Counted from the stretch's first letter, positions 9,657 through 18,972 are shown. The stretch: 63,232 nucleotides of DNA from an uncultured Gemmatimonas sp. (GCA_964521535.1 CAZFSA010000001.1:1-63232), one strand, 5' to 3'. The notes: generated from the letters alone by a model not told the origin. Made by a program: numbers and translations.

Positions 9657-9997
9657 CCGGGGACGCCCTGGTCCAGGTCGTCGCCACGATCGATTCGAGA
9701 CCGGCGGCGCAGGCGCTTGCGGAAGTGCTGGTGAGCGAGCGACTGGCCGCCTGCGTGCACGTGGCGGGCCCGATCGCCAGCACCTACCGGTGGCAGGGGA
9801 AGGTCGAGCAGGCCGACGAGTGGACGGTCACCGCCAAGACCACGCGGGAGCGGGCCCCGGCTGTGGTGCGGCGGCTCAGGGAACTCCACTCCTATTCGCA
9901 GCCCGAGATTCTGGTGGTCCCGGTTCTGGACGCGGATCCGGGGTACGCGGCGTGGGTGGCGGAGGAGGTGGCGCCCGGCGAGCCGGCCGGGGAGTGA
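9653..9997 (+). CDS. cutA: divalent-cation tolerance protein CutA; start codon uncertain (ATA 9653 or CTG 9668)
   Basis: The C-terminal 110 aa of track ORF 8771..9997 read ALVQVVATIDSRPAAQALAEVLVSERLAACVHVAGPIASTYRWQGKVEQADEW...HSYSQPEILVVPV. This matches the CutA pattern (ERLAAC..., Y.W.G.., HPY..PE). There is no in-frame ATG/GTG/TTG near the N-terminus. Confidence 0.8.
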   Translation: MAGDALVQVVATIDSRPAAQALAEVLVSERLAACVHVAGPIASTYRWQGKVEQADEWTVTAKTTRERAPAVVRRLRELHSYSQPEILVVPVLDADPGYAAWVAEEVAPGEPAGE

Positions 9998-10064
9998 TCC
10001 CCGGGGACCGGAGGTTCCGATCTGGTAGACGGAGCCGTCATCGCACCGTCGCCAGGAGACCCCC

Positions 10065-10498
10065 ATGCCGTTCGCCCGCGCCGCCCTGATGCACGCCGCC
10101 CCCCTGCTCATGCTGTCCGCCGTGCGACCGCCGGCGACCGCGACCTCCGCGCCGCAAAAGTATTCCGGCTGTCCCCCCGGCTACACCTTCCAGACCTCGG
10201 GCAACAACGCCCGATGCTACCTGGCCGGCACCCAGGCTATGGCCGACATCTACTGTGGCGTGGGGTACGTCAAGGCCACCGACCAGACAGCAACCCCAAT
10301 ACCCGAACCAGCGAGTTCTCGCTGCGAGACCCGGACGGGTATTACGAGACGATCAGCGCTCTGCCGACGGGCTCACAGCCGAAGAGCTTCCCTTTCCTGG
10401 TGATGAATGCCGCCGCCGTCAAGCCCAACATCCGGAAGCTCAAGGCGTTCCTAACTCCTTTCGCCGCAATGCGGACACCAGCGCTGAGCCGCCCCTGA
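10065..10498 (+). pseudogene. small secreted protein, apparently frameshifted near 10285-10295
   Basis: The frame of 10065 encodes a signal peptide and a Cys-containing segment with high GC3 up to about 10290. From there the high-GC3 frame is that of ORF 10214..10498 (…NTRTSEFSLRDPDGYYETISALPTGSQPKSFPFLVMN…). Confidence 0.35.
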
Positions 10499-10592
10499 TC
10501 CCGGCCTGACACCGCACTGATCGGCTCTCCCCAGGTTTGGCCGCGTCGACAGAGCCGCAGCCCGACTGCGGACCCCGCCAACCCGACCGGAG

Positions 10593-12059
10593 ATGCGATC
10601 AATGACGACCGGCTTCCGCCCCCCGACGACCTGGCTCGGACCGATACTCTGTGCGGTGGCACTCACCGCCTCCCTCGCCGGCGGTTCAGCCGCACAGACC
10701 CCGATCCGCCGGCCCGCCTCCGGCGCCACGATGGCCCCGCTGCCGCCCCCGCCGCCAACCGGCCTCCCACCGGTGAATCTCCGGATCGTCACCAGCGGCC
10801 CGGGCCAGCAGAACGTGATGTGGGACGTGTCTCAGCCGTTTCTCAGCTTCATCCTGGAACGGCAGGACCCAGGCATCACCAACTGGAAGTTGATCACTCC
10901 CCAACCGGTGACCGTCAAGGGCGCGCCGGACGTGAGCTTCGTCCCGCCGGGAGCGGTCTACCGGGTCACCGCCAACTATGCCGACGGCACGGTCGGCACG
11001 GCCCAGGTGACGCACCTCAACCCGGTGCCACCGACCCACCCCTCCAATTTCAGGGCAACCCAGACGGCCGAGGGAACCGTCGACCTCACCTGGGACCCGG
11101 TCTCGGGGGCAACCGGGTACCAGCTCTTTGGCCCTGGCCAGCCGGCCGGCGGGACCCTGGTTCGCGCCCAGAGCTTCCGGGTCACCGGGATCCAGCCCGG
11201 AGCCTACCAGTTCAACATCGCCTCGATCTTCGCCCCCGGGATGTGGACCGCCCCGGCCCCCGCCACCGTGGCGACCGTGCGCCGCCTCACCGCCAATTAT
11301 CGGATCTCGATCAACGGGTTCACCGTGCTCCACGAGTCCCGGGACGATCCCTTCGACCGCGACGGCAAGGCTGACGAGGTCTACGCGGCGGCCATCACCT
11401 TCCTGTACGACGGGCTCACCGCCACCCGACCGACCGGCGGGCCCCGCCAGGCGTGGACCGCGGCGTACGGCGACATCCGGGGGTACCCCGACCGGATCCC
11501 GGCCGGCTCCGGCTCGCCGACCGGCGGATTGCGGACTGGCGACGTGGTGCCCGCGGGCAACCCGGCGGCGCCCACGACCGCCGTTCCCACGAGCGGGCGG
11601 TTCCCCCTGCTGGTCTGGGACGGGAGCCTCACATCCAAACAGCAGTTCCTGGTGATCAGTCCGGCGCTCTGGGAGTCGGACCGGGACCTGTCGGCCTTCA
11701 ACTTCTGGAACTCCATCTGGACCGACGTGCTCGTCAAGGGCGTCGGGCTCTCGCCGGAAGCGCGGAGCGCGATTCGAGCCACGACGATCGAGCGGATCTT
11801 CCCGGCGGTTCGCGACGTGACCGGGGCGCCGCTCAGCACCGAAGCGAAGGACGGCAGAGATCGACCAATTGGGGCGAGCGACGGACGCACGGGGCCCGTG
11901 TTCTTCATGACCGCCGTGGTCCTGACCCAGGATCTGATCGAGGCGGCGTTGGCGGGAGCGGGGGGGACGCGGGTCGTGGTGCCGATTCAGTACCGCGACG
12001 TACCGCACCATGGGGACGGGAACTACGTCCTGTACCTGCAGATCGAGCGCCTGCCGTAG
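10593..12059 (+). CDS. secreted protein with FN3-like repeats, unknown function
   Basis: 488 aa with a signal peptide (ILCAVALTASLAGGSAAQ) and a Pro-rich linker. FN3-like segments are present (PSNFRATQTAEGTVDLTWDPVSGATGYQLFG). The C-terminal roughly 270 aa are unrecognised. Confidence 0.75.
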   Translation: MRSMTTGFRPPTTWLGPILCAVALTASLAGGSAAQTPIRRPASGATMAPLPPPPPTGLPPVNLRIVTSGPGQQNVMWDVSQPFLSFILERQDPGITNWKLITPQPVTVKGAPDVSFVPPGAVYRVTANYADGTVGTAQVTHLNPVPPTHPSNFRATQTAEGTVDLTWDPVSGATGYQLFGPGQPAGGTLVRAQSFRVTGIQPGAYQFNIASIFAPGMWTAPAPATVATVRRLTANYRISINGFTVLHESRDDPFDRDGKADEVYAAAITFLYDGLTATRPTGGPRQAWTAAYGDIRGYPDRIPAGSGSPTGGLRTGDVVPAGNPAAPTTAVPTSGRFPLLVWDGSLTSKQQFLVISPALWESDRDLSAFNFWNSIWTDVLVKGVGLSPEARSAIRATTIERIFPAVRDVTGAPLSTEAKDGRDRPIGASDGRTGPVFFMTAVVLTQDLIEAALAGAGGTRVVVPIQYRDVPHHGDGNYVLYLQIERLP

Positions 12060-12088
12060 GCAGCCCTGCGGATTCGCTCGGGTCCAGG

Positions 12089-12122
12089 GCGGGGAACGGG
12101 TGCGAGAGCACCGGTTCCCCGC
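12089..12122 (+). terminator. GC-rich stem-loop downstream of 10593..12059
   Basis: gcggggaacgggtgc-gaga-gcaccggttccccgc, about a 15-bp stem with one mismatch, 30 nt after the stop. No U-tract. Confidence 0.45.
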
Positions 12123-12150
12123 GGCTGGGGAGGCGATCTCTGCGCCTCGA

Positions 12151-12200
12151 CGTATCAGCAAGACTAATGATAACGATAAGAGCAATTAGTCCGGATTGCG
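12151..12200 (+). promoter_or_regulatory. AT-rich intergenic segment upstream of the ABC/mutase gene string (putative promoter region)
   Basis: cgtatcagcaagactaatgataacgataagagcaattagtcc is conspicuously AT-rich in a roughly 70% GC background, about 75-120 nt upstream of ATG 12275. No confident -35/-10 assignment. Confidence 0.25.
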
Positions 12201-12274
12201 CGCTCGTCCTCGGGGGGAGAGTATAGAGCCCGCAGTGGCCGGGCACCGCATCGGCCGCTCCTCCAAACCTGGAG

Positions 12275-13162
12275 ATGGTCGGCATGCTGCGGGTCGACGG
12301 CCTTCATCACGTGTATCCCAACGGGACCCGGGCGCTGGAGGCGGTGTCGCTCGAGGTGGAGCCGGGCATGTTCGGGCTGCTCGGCCCGAACGGCGCGGGC
12401 AAGTCGACGCTGATGCGCTGCATCGCGACCTTGCAGGTGCCCACCTCGGGCTCCATCCGGTTCGACACCATCGACGTCCTCGCCGAGCCGGCCGCGCTGC
12501 GGCGGACGCTGGGCTACCTGCCGCAGGACTTCGGCGTCTACCAGCGCGTCTCCGCCTACGAGATGCTCGATCACATCGCCGTGCTCAAGGGCTACGGGGC
12601 GCGCGGGGAGCGCCGCGGGGTCGTCGAGACCCTGCTCCATCAGGTCAACCTCTGGGAGGTCCGGCACCGGGCGCTGGCCGGATTCTCCGGGGGCATGCGC
12701 CAGCGTTTCGGGATCGCCCAGGCCCTGATCGGCCAGCCCCGGCTCATCATCGTCGACGAGCCCACGGCCGGCCTCGATCCCGAGGAGCGGAACCGGTTCC
12801 TCAACCTCCTCGCGGAGATCGCCGAAAACACCGTCGTCATCCTGTCGACCCACATCGTCCAGGACGTGACCGACCTCTGCGATCGGACGGCGATCATCGT
12901 GGCCGGCCGGATCGTGCGCACCGGCGCGCCGCGGGACCTGGTCTCGGGGCTCGACGGCCGGATCTGGGAAAAGACGATCGCGAAGGGCGAGCTGGACTCA
13001 TATCGCCAGGCCTTCGACGTCATCGCGACCCGCCTCCTGGGCGGCAACACGGTCATTCACGTCTTCGCGGACACCGCGCCGGGCGACGGCTTCTCGGCCA
13101 CGGCCGGCAGTCTCGAGGACGTCTACTTCGCGACCCTCTCCTCCGAGCGCCGCGGCGGCTGA
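12275..13162 (+). CDS. ABC transporter ATP-binding protein
   Basis: Walker A GPNGAGKST, signature FSGGMRQR, Walker B LIIVDEPTAGLD. Confidence 0.92.
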   Translation: MVGMLRVDGLHHVYPNGTRALEAVSLEVEPGMFGLLGPNGAGKSTLMRCIATLQVPTSGSIRFDTIDVLAEPAALRRTLGYLPQDFGVYQRVSAYEMLDHIAVLKGYGARGERRGVVETLLHQVNLWEVRHRALAGFSGGMRQRFGIAQALIGQPRLIIVDEPTAGLDPEERNRFLNLLAEIAENTVVILSTHIVQDVTDLCDRTAIIVAGRIVRTGAPRDLVSGLDGRIWEKTIAKGELDSYRQAFDVIATRLLGGNTVIHVFADTAPGDGFSATAGSLEDVYFATLSSERRGG

Positions 13163-13171
13163 GGGGCCGAG

Positions 13172-16100
13172 ATGCTGAATCAGGTCGCGTGGTTCGAGGT
13201 CCGCTACCAGCTTCGGACGCCCGTCTTCTGGGTCACGAGCGCCATCTTCTTCGCGATGACGTTCTCCCTGGCCGTGTCGGACACCGTCCCGATCGGCTGG
13301 GGCGGCTACGTGGTCCGGAACTCGCCCTTTGCCGTCGGGCTCCTGTGCCTGACGATGAGCCTGTTCGCGGTCTTCATCCTCACCGCGTTCGTCTCCAACG
13401 TCGTCCTCCGGGACGACGAGACCGGGTTCGGCCCGATCGTCTGGGCCACCCCGCTCTCGAAGTTCGACTACCTCTTCGGCCGGTTCCTGGGAGCGTTCGG
13501 CGCCGGCGCCCTGGCCTTCCTGAGCGTCCCGCTCGCCGCCCTGATCGCCGTGTCGATGCCGTGGCTCGACCCCGAGACGGTCGGGCCGTTCCGTCCCGGC
13601 GCCTATCTCTACGCCTATCTGGTTCTCTGCCTGCCGACGCTGTTCGTGCTGGGCGCCGCGTTCTTCGCGCTGGCCACGGCGACGCGCTCGATGATGACCA
13701 CGTACGTCGTGGCGATCGTGGTGGTCCTCGCCTACATCCTGACGATCACGTCGCTGCGGAGACCGGAGCTGGCCCAGGTGGTGGCGCTCCTCGACCCGTT
13801 CGGCCTCTCGGCGTTCGGCGGCGTCACCCGGCACTGGACGCCGAGCGAGCGGAACACCCTGCTGACGCCGGTCACCGGGCCCCTGCTCCAGAACCGAGTC
13901 CTCTGGTTCTCGATCTCGTTCGCGCTCCTGGCGCTGGCGTGGCGCTCGTTCAACCGGCAGAGCCGCACCGAGCGCACCCGACCGGACCCGCGACCAGAGG
14001 CCAGTCCCCTGGCGTCGACGGCAGTCGCCCGGCCGGTGAGCCCGGTGGCCCTGCCGGCAGGCAACGCTCGGGCGCTCGGCTGGGGTCCGCTGGTTGCCCT
14101 GACCCGGTTCGACGTGCTGAGCGTCCTGCGCAGTCCCGCCTACGTGCTCCTCCTTGGAGTGGCCTTCCTGAACGCCGTGGTCGGGCTCTGGCTTGCGGGA
14201 GACGACCCGGTCAGCAACACGCTTCCGGTCACCCGGATCATGATCCAGACGCTGACCGAGCAGTTCACACTGATGCCGCTGCTCATCGCCGCGTACTATG
14301 CCGGCGAGCTGGTCTGGCGGGACCGGGAACGTCGGGTGCACGAGATCCTGGACGCGACCCCGTCCTCCGACTGGGCCTTTGTGGCGCCCAAGTTCATCGC
14401 CATCGCCATCGTCCTGCTCACGATGGCGCTCATCGTCGTCGGCGCTGCGGTGTCGGTGCAGGCCGTGAAAGGGTATGCCACCTTCGAGCTGGGCCGGTAC
14501 TTCGGTTGGTACGTTGTGCCCTGGGTGCTCGACCTGCTGATCTACGCGGCGCTGGCCGTCTTCATCCAGATGCTGGTTCCGCACAAGTATGGCGGCCTGC
14601 TGGTGATGGTACTGGTGCTGGCGGCCCAGTTGACGCTTGCCCGGTTCGGGTTGGAGCACAACCTGTACCGGTACGCCGGCTCCTCGGCGGTCCCGCTCTC
14701 GGACATGAACGGCCAGGGCGATTTCGCGCGACACGCGGCGTGGTTCCGCGGCTACTGGATCGCCGCCGCCACCATCCTCGCGGTCCTCGCCTGCCTGCTC
14801 TGGCGCCGCGGCGCCAGCTCGCCGCTCCGGTGGCGCCTGCAGCGGCTGCCTGCCCGCCTCAGGGGCCCGGCCGGTTGGACCCTGGGCGGGGCGACCCTGG
14901 CGATGGCCGGGCTGGGCGGGTTCATCTACTACAACACCCACGTCCTGAACGAGTACCGGACCTTCGTCGCGGGCGGTCGATGGGCGGCCGAGTACGAGAA
15001 GACCCTGCTGGGGTTCGAGAAGGTCCGGCAGCCCCACATCACGGACGTGAACCTGGCCATCGATCTCTACCCCACGAAGCCGAGGGTCGTGACCCGCGGC
15101 TCCTACGTGGTCGAGAACCGCACCGGGGCTCCCCTCGAGGAACTCCACGTCTTCTGGGCCCGCCAGCTCGAGCAACGACTCTTCCTGGGTCCCTTCGTCA
15201 TTGGTGAGCTTCAGATGCGCTCGCTGGAGGTGCAGGGCGCCCGACTGGCCCGCGAGTTTCCGGACTTCCACTACCGGATCTACCGATTCGACCAGCCGCT
15301 GGCCCCCGGGCAGCGAACCGAGATTCACTTCGAGACGGTTCGGGAGCAGCGTGGCTTTCGCAACACGAACAACGATGTCCGGGTGGTCGCCAACGGCACC
15401 TTCCTCGACAACTTCCAGATCGCGCCCTTCCTGGGCCCGTCGCGCTGGCCCACGCTCCAGGACCGGGCGCTCCGTCGCAAGTACGGTCTGCCGCCCGAGC
15501 TGCGGCCCCCACCCCTGGAGGATGACAGCGCCCGCGCCTTCCATTACTTCCGCCACGACAGCGACTGGGTCAACGCCGACCTCAGGATCTCCACGCTGGC
15601 AGACCAGGTCATTGTGGCTCCGGGCACGCTGGTGCATTCGGAGGTGGTGAACGGCCGGCGGGTGTCACACTTCCGGACCGATTCGCCGGTCCACAACTTC
15701 TTCTCGATCCAGTCCGCGCGGTACGCGGTCCGGGAGGACCGCTGGCGGGACGTCGCACTGGCGGTCTACTACCACCCGCTGCACGGGTTCAACGTGGATC
15801 GGATGGTTCAGGCGATGAAGGAGTCATTGGAATACTATTCCGAGCACTTCAGCCCGTACCAGTTCCGTCAGCTCCGCATCGTCGAGTTTCCCGCCTACCA
15901 CAATTTCGCGCAGGCCTTTCCGGGTACGATTGCCTATTCGGAGGCGGCCGGCTTCATCTTCGATTGCGCTGATGCGGACCGGATCGACTGCGTCACCTAC
16001 GTCACGGCGCACGAGACCGGGCATCAGTGGTGGGCGCATCAGGTGATCGGCGCCGACATGCAGGGTCAGACCGTGCTGTCCGAGACCCTGGCACAGTATT

Positions 16101-16801
16101 CGGCGCTCATGGTGATGGAGCGGAAGTACGGGCCCCAGGAGATCCGGCGGTTCCTCAAGCGCTCCCTCGATGGCTACCTCCGGGAGCGGGGGACCGACCG
16201 GATCGGCGAGGTGCCGCTCGAGCGGGTCGAGAACCAGGCCCACATCCGCTACCAGAAGGGCGGCATGGTGATGTATCTGCTCAAGGACGTGATGGGCGAA
16301 GCCGCCGTGAATCGCGCGCTCCGGTCGCTGCTGGCCGACTTCGCCTTCAGGGGCCCGCCCTATCCGACCTCGCGAGACCTAGTCCAGCGGCTCCGGGCCG
16401 AAGCGGGACCCGACCATCAGGAGCTGATCAGCGACCTCTTCGAGCGGATCACCCTGTACGACCTCAAGGTGGCGGGCAGCCGGGTGACGCAGACCCCTGA
16501 TGGCCGATGGAACGTTGCGATCGACGTCGACGCGGCCAAGTTCCACGCCGACGCCAAGGGTCGCCAGTCCCCGGCCCCGCTGGATGAACTGCTGGACATC
16601 GGGGTGTTCGCGGCGGAGCCGGGGGCGAAGGGGTTCGCCGCAGAGCACGTGCTGTCCCTCGATCGGCGGCGGGTGCACAGCGGGCGGCAGACCGTGACGA
16701 TCGTCGTGGATCGCGAACCCAGGTACGTCGGGATCGATCCCTACAACAAGTACGTCGATCGCAACTCCAACGACAATGTGATGCCGATCGGACGGCAATG
16801 A
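13172..16801 (+). CDS. ABC-2-type permease fused to M1-family aminopeptidase
   Basis: 1209 aa. The N-terminal roughly 550 aa have many hydrophobic helices. The C-terminal part has the zincin motif VTAHETGHQWWAH followed by LSETLAQY. Starts 9 nt after the ATPase gene. Confidence 0.9.
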   Translation: MLNQVAWFEVRYQLRTPVFWVTSAIFFAMTFSLAVSDTVPIGWGGYVVRNSPFAVGLLCLTMSLFAVFILTAFVSNVVLRDDETGFGPIVWATPLSKFDYLFGRFLGAFGAGALAFLSVPLAALIAVSMPWLDPETVGPFRPGAYLYAYLVLCLPTLFVLGAAFFALATATRSMMTTYVVAIVVVLAYILTITSLRRPELAQVVALLDPFGLSAFGGVTRHWTPSERNTLLTPVTGPLLQNRVLWFSISFALLALAWRSFNRQSRTERTRPDPRPEASPLASTAVARPVSPVALPAGNARALGWGPLVALTRFDVLSVLRSPAYVLLLGVAFLNAVVGLWLAGDDPVSNTLPVTRIMIQTLTEQFTLMPLLIAAYYAGELVWRDRERRVHEILDATPSSDWAFVAPKFIAIAIVLLTMALIVVGAAVSVQAVKGYATFELGRYFGWYVVPWVLDLLIYAALAVFIQMLVPHKYGGLLVMVLVLAAQLTLARFGLEHNLYRYAGSSAVPLSDMNGQGDFARHAAWFRGYWIAAATILAVLACLLWRRGASSPLRWRLQRLPARLRGPAGWTLGGATLAMAGLGGFIYYNTHVLNEYRTFVAGGRWAAEYEKTLLGFEKVRQPHITDVNLAIDLYPTKPRVVTRGSYVVENRTGAPLEELHVFWARQLEQRLFLGPFVIGELQMRSLEVQGARLAREFPDFHYRIYRFDQPLAPGQRTEIHFETVREQRGFRNTNNDVRVVANGTFLDNFQIAPFLGPSRWPTLQDRALRRKYGLPPELRPPPLEDDSARAFHYFRHDSDWVNADLRISTLADQVIVAPGTLVHSEVVNGRRVSHFRTDSPVHNFFSIQSARYAVREDRWRDVALAVYYHPLHGFNVDRMVQAMKESLEYYSEHFSPYQFRQLRIVEFPAYHNFAQAFPGTIAYSEAAGFIFDCADADRIDCVTYVTAHETGHQWWAHQVIGADMQGQTVLSETLAQYSALMVMERKYGPQEIRRFLKRSLDGYLRERGTDRIGEVPLERVENQAHIRYQKGGMVMYLLKDVMGEAAVNRALRSLLADFAFRGPPYPTSRDLVQRLRAEAGPDHQELISDLFERITLYDLKVAGSRVTQTPDGRWNVAIDVDAAKFHADAKGRQSPAPLDELLDIGVFAAEPGAKGFAAEHVLSLDRRRVHSGRQTVTIVVDREPRYVGIDPYNKYVDRNSNDNVMPIGRQ

Positions 16802-18549
16802 CAGGGCGACGGCGGCGGCGGGCCCCGGATCGGAGAATGACGGTGGCACAGACCCTCGATGGGAAGACGACAGAGGATCGCAAGGCGACGAACGCATCGG
16901 CTGATCTGGATGCCTGGCGGAGCACCACCCTCGCGGCCAGCGTGGCGAGGATGCCGGCGCGGAAGGAGGCCTTTACCACCCTGTCGGGTCTCCCGATCAA
17001 GGACCTCTACACCGCGGCGGACCTCGAGGGCATCGATCCCGCCCGGGACATCGGGTTCCCGGGTGAGCTGCCCTACACCCGCGGCGTCCACCCCACCATG
17101 TACCGGGCCCGCCCTTGGACCATCCGCCAGGTGGCCGGCTTCGGGACCGCCGAGGACACCAACGGTCGATACAAGTACCTGCTGGCGCACGGGGAAACCG
17201 GGCTCTCGACAGACTTCGACCTGCCGACCCTGCTGGGCCTCGACTCCGACCACCCGATGGCGGTTCCCGAAATCGGCAAGATCGGGGTCGCGGTCGACAC
17301 CCTGGAGGATGTCCGCATCCTGATGCAGGACATCCCCCTGGACCAGGTGTCGACCTCGTACACGATCAACGCGTCGGCCTTCGTGCTGATGGGGATGTAC
17401 GAGGTCGTGGCCAAGTCGCAGGGAGTGCGCGCCGAGCAGATCACCGGCACGATTCAGAACGACATCCTGAAGGAGTATACGGCACAGAACGAGTACATCT
17501 ATCCTCCTGCGCCTGCTGTCGGCCTCGTGGTCGACACCATGGAATACGCGGCCAGAATGATGCCGCGCTACAACCCCGTGAGTGTGTCCGGCTATCACAT
17601 CCGCGACGCCGGGTCGACGGCCGTCCAGGAGCTGGCCTTTACGCTTGCCGCCGGCCACTGCTACGTGACCGAGGCGGTCAAGCGCGGCCTGGACGCCGAC
17701 TTCGTGGCCCCGCGGATCTCGTACTTCTGGAACATCCAGAACGACTTCTTCGAGGAGATCTGCAAGCTTCGCGCGGCCCGCCGCCTCTGGGCGCGGATCA
17801 TGCGCGACTGGGTCGGCGCCAGGGACCCCCGGTCCTGGATGATGCGGGCCCACTGTCAGACGTCGGGCGTGAGCCTGACGGCCCAGCAGCCGGACAACAA
17901 CATCGCCCGGACGGCCATCCAGGCGCTGGCGGCCATCCTGGGCGGCACCCAGTCGCTCCATACCAACTCCAAGGACGAGGCGTTCCAGATCCCCTCCGAG
18001 GGCGCGATCAAGATCGCCGTCCGGACGCAGCAGATCCTCGCCCTGGAGAGCCGGGTTGCGGACGTGGTGGACCCCTTGGGCGGGTCCTACTACGTCGAGT
18101 CGCTCACCACCCGCCTGGAAGAAGAGGCGGAAGCGCTGATTCGCCAGGTGCTGGATCGGGGCGGCATGGTCCGGTCGATCGAGGACGGCTTCATTCAGCG
18201 GCAGATCGCCGACGCCTCCGCCGCGTACCAGCAGGCGGTGGAGTCGCACGCCGAGTACATCGTCGGAGTGAACATCCACGCCGAGCCCGAGGCGCCGTTG
18301 CCGTTCGAGACGTTCGTCCTCGATCCCGGGCTGGCCGAGCGCCAGATCGCGCGGACCCGGCGAATCCGGCAGTCGCGGTCCGAGGCCGAGGTTGGCGCCG
18401 CGCTCAGGGAGGTGGAGCAGGCGGCCCGCGGGGGACAGAACACGATGCCCGCGGTGGTTCGCGCGGTCCGGGCGCATGCGACCGTGGGCGAGATCTGCGA
18501 CGTCCTGCGCGGGGTCTTCGGCGAGTATCGGGCGCCGCTGGTCTACTGA
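16798..18549 (+). CDS. B12-dependent acyl-CoA mutase, large (catalytic) subunit, HCM/ICM-like
   Basis: YTRGVHPTMYRARPWTIRQVAGFGTAEDTNGRYKYLL...GLSTDFDLPTLLG...GTIQNDILKEYTAQNEYIYPP...SVSGYHIRDAG matches the methylmalonyl-CoA mutase family. ATG 16798 overlaps the upstream stop (ATGA). Alternative start ATG 16837. Confidence 0.9.
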   Translation: MTGRRRRRAPDRRMTVAQTLDGKTTEDRKATNASADLDAWRSTTLAASVARMPARKEAFTTLSGLPIKDLYTAADLEGIDPARDIGFPGELPYTRGVHPTMYRARPWTIRQVAGFGTAEDTNGRYKYLLAHGETGLSTDFDLPTLLGLDSDHPMAVPEIGKIGVAVDTLEDVRILMQDIPLDQVSTSYTINASAFVLMGMYEVVAKSQGVRAEQITGTIQNDILKEYTAQNEYIYPPAPAVGLVVDTMEYAARMMPRYNPVSVSGYHIRDAGSTAVQELAFTLAAGHCYVTEAVKRGLDADFVAPRISYFWNIQNDFFEEICKLRAARRLWARIMRDWVGARDPRSWMMRAHCQTSGVSLTAQQPDNNIARTAIQALAAILGGTQSLHTNSKDEAFQIPSEGAIKIAVRTQQILALESRVADVVDPLGGSYYVESLTTRLEEEAEALIRQVLDRGGMVRSIEDGFIQRQIADASAAYQQAVESHAEYIVGVNIHAEPEAPLPFETFVLDPGLAERQIARTRRIRQSRSEAEVGAALREVEQAARGGQNTMPAVVRAVRAHATVGEICDVLRGVFGEYRAPLVY

Positions 18550-18573
18550 TCGACACTGTCGGAGGCAAGGGCG

Positions 18574-18972
18574 ATGAAGCGTCCATTACGAGTGGTCGTC
18601 GCGAAGCCGGGACTGGACGGTCACGATCGCGGCGCGAAGATCATCGCGCGGGCCTTCCGGGACGCGGGAATGGAGGTGATCTACACCGGGATCTTTCAGA
18701 CGACCGAGATGATCACCCGGGCGGTGATCGAGGAGGATGCAGACGTCCTGGGCTTGAGCATTCTTTCGGGTACGCATCTCCACTTTGCCGACGAGATCGG
18801 CCGCGCCCTGCGGGAACAGGCCACGAGAGAAGTGCTCGTGATCATGGGCGGCACGGTGCCGCCCGCCGACATTCCGAAGGTGAAGGCGCTCGGGGTGGCC
18901 GAGGTGTTTGGCCCGGGCACGCCGACCGGAACCATCGTCGATTTCGTCCGCCGGTGGCACGCCGCCCGATGA
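18574..18972 (+). CDS. acyl-CoA mutase small subunit, cobalamin-binding domain
   Basis: 132 aa with the DxHxxG motif (LDGHDRGAKIIA) and SILSG...GG, typical of a B12-binding Rossmann domain. Confidence 0.9.
   Translation: MKRPLRVVVAKPGLDGHDRGAKIIARAFRDAGMEVIYTGIFQTTEMITRAVIEEDADVLGLSILSGTHLHFADEIGRALREQATREVLVIMGGTVPPADIPKVKALGVAEVFGPGTPTGTIVDFVRRWHAAR

Noticed and set aside
12164-15637. Long ORFs 12164..12853(-), 12196..15207(+, 1003 aa) and 12998..15637(-, 879 aa).
   Set aside because: They overlap the ABC ATPase and permease-M1 genes in other frames or on the other strand. Their R/G/P/D-rich translations have no motifs.
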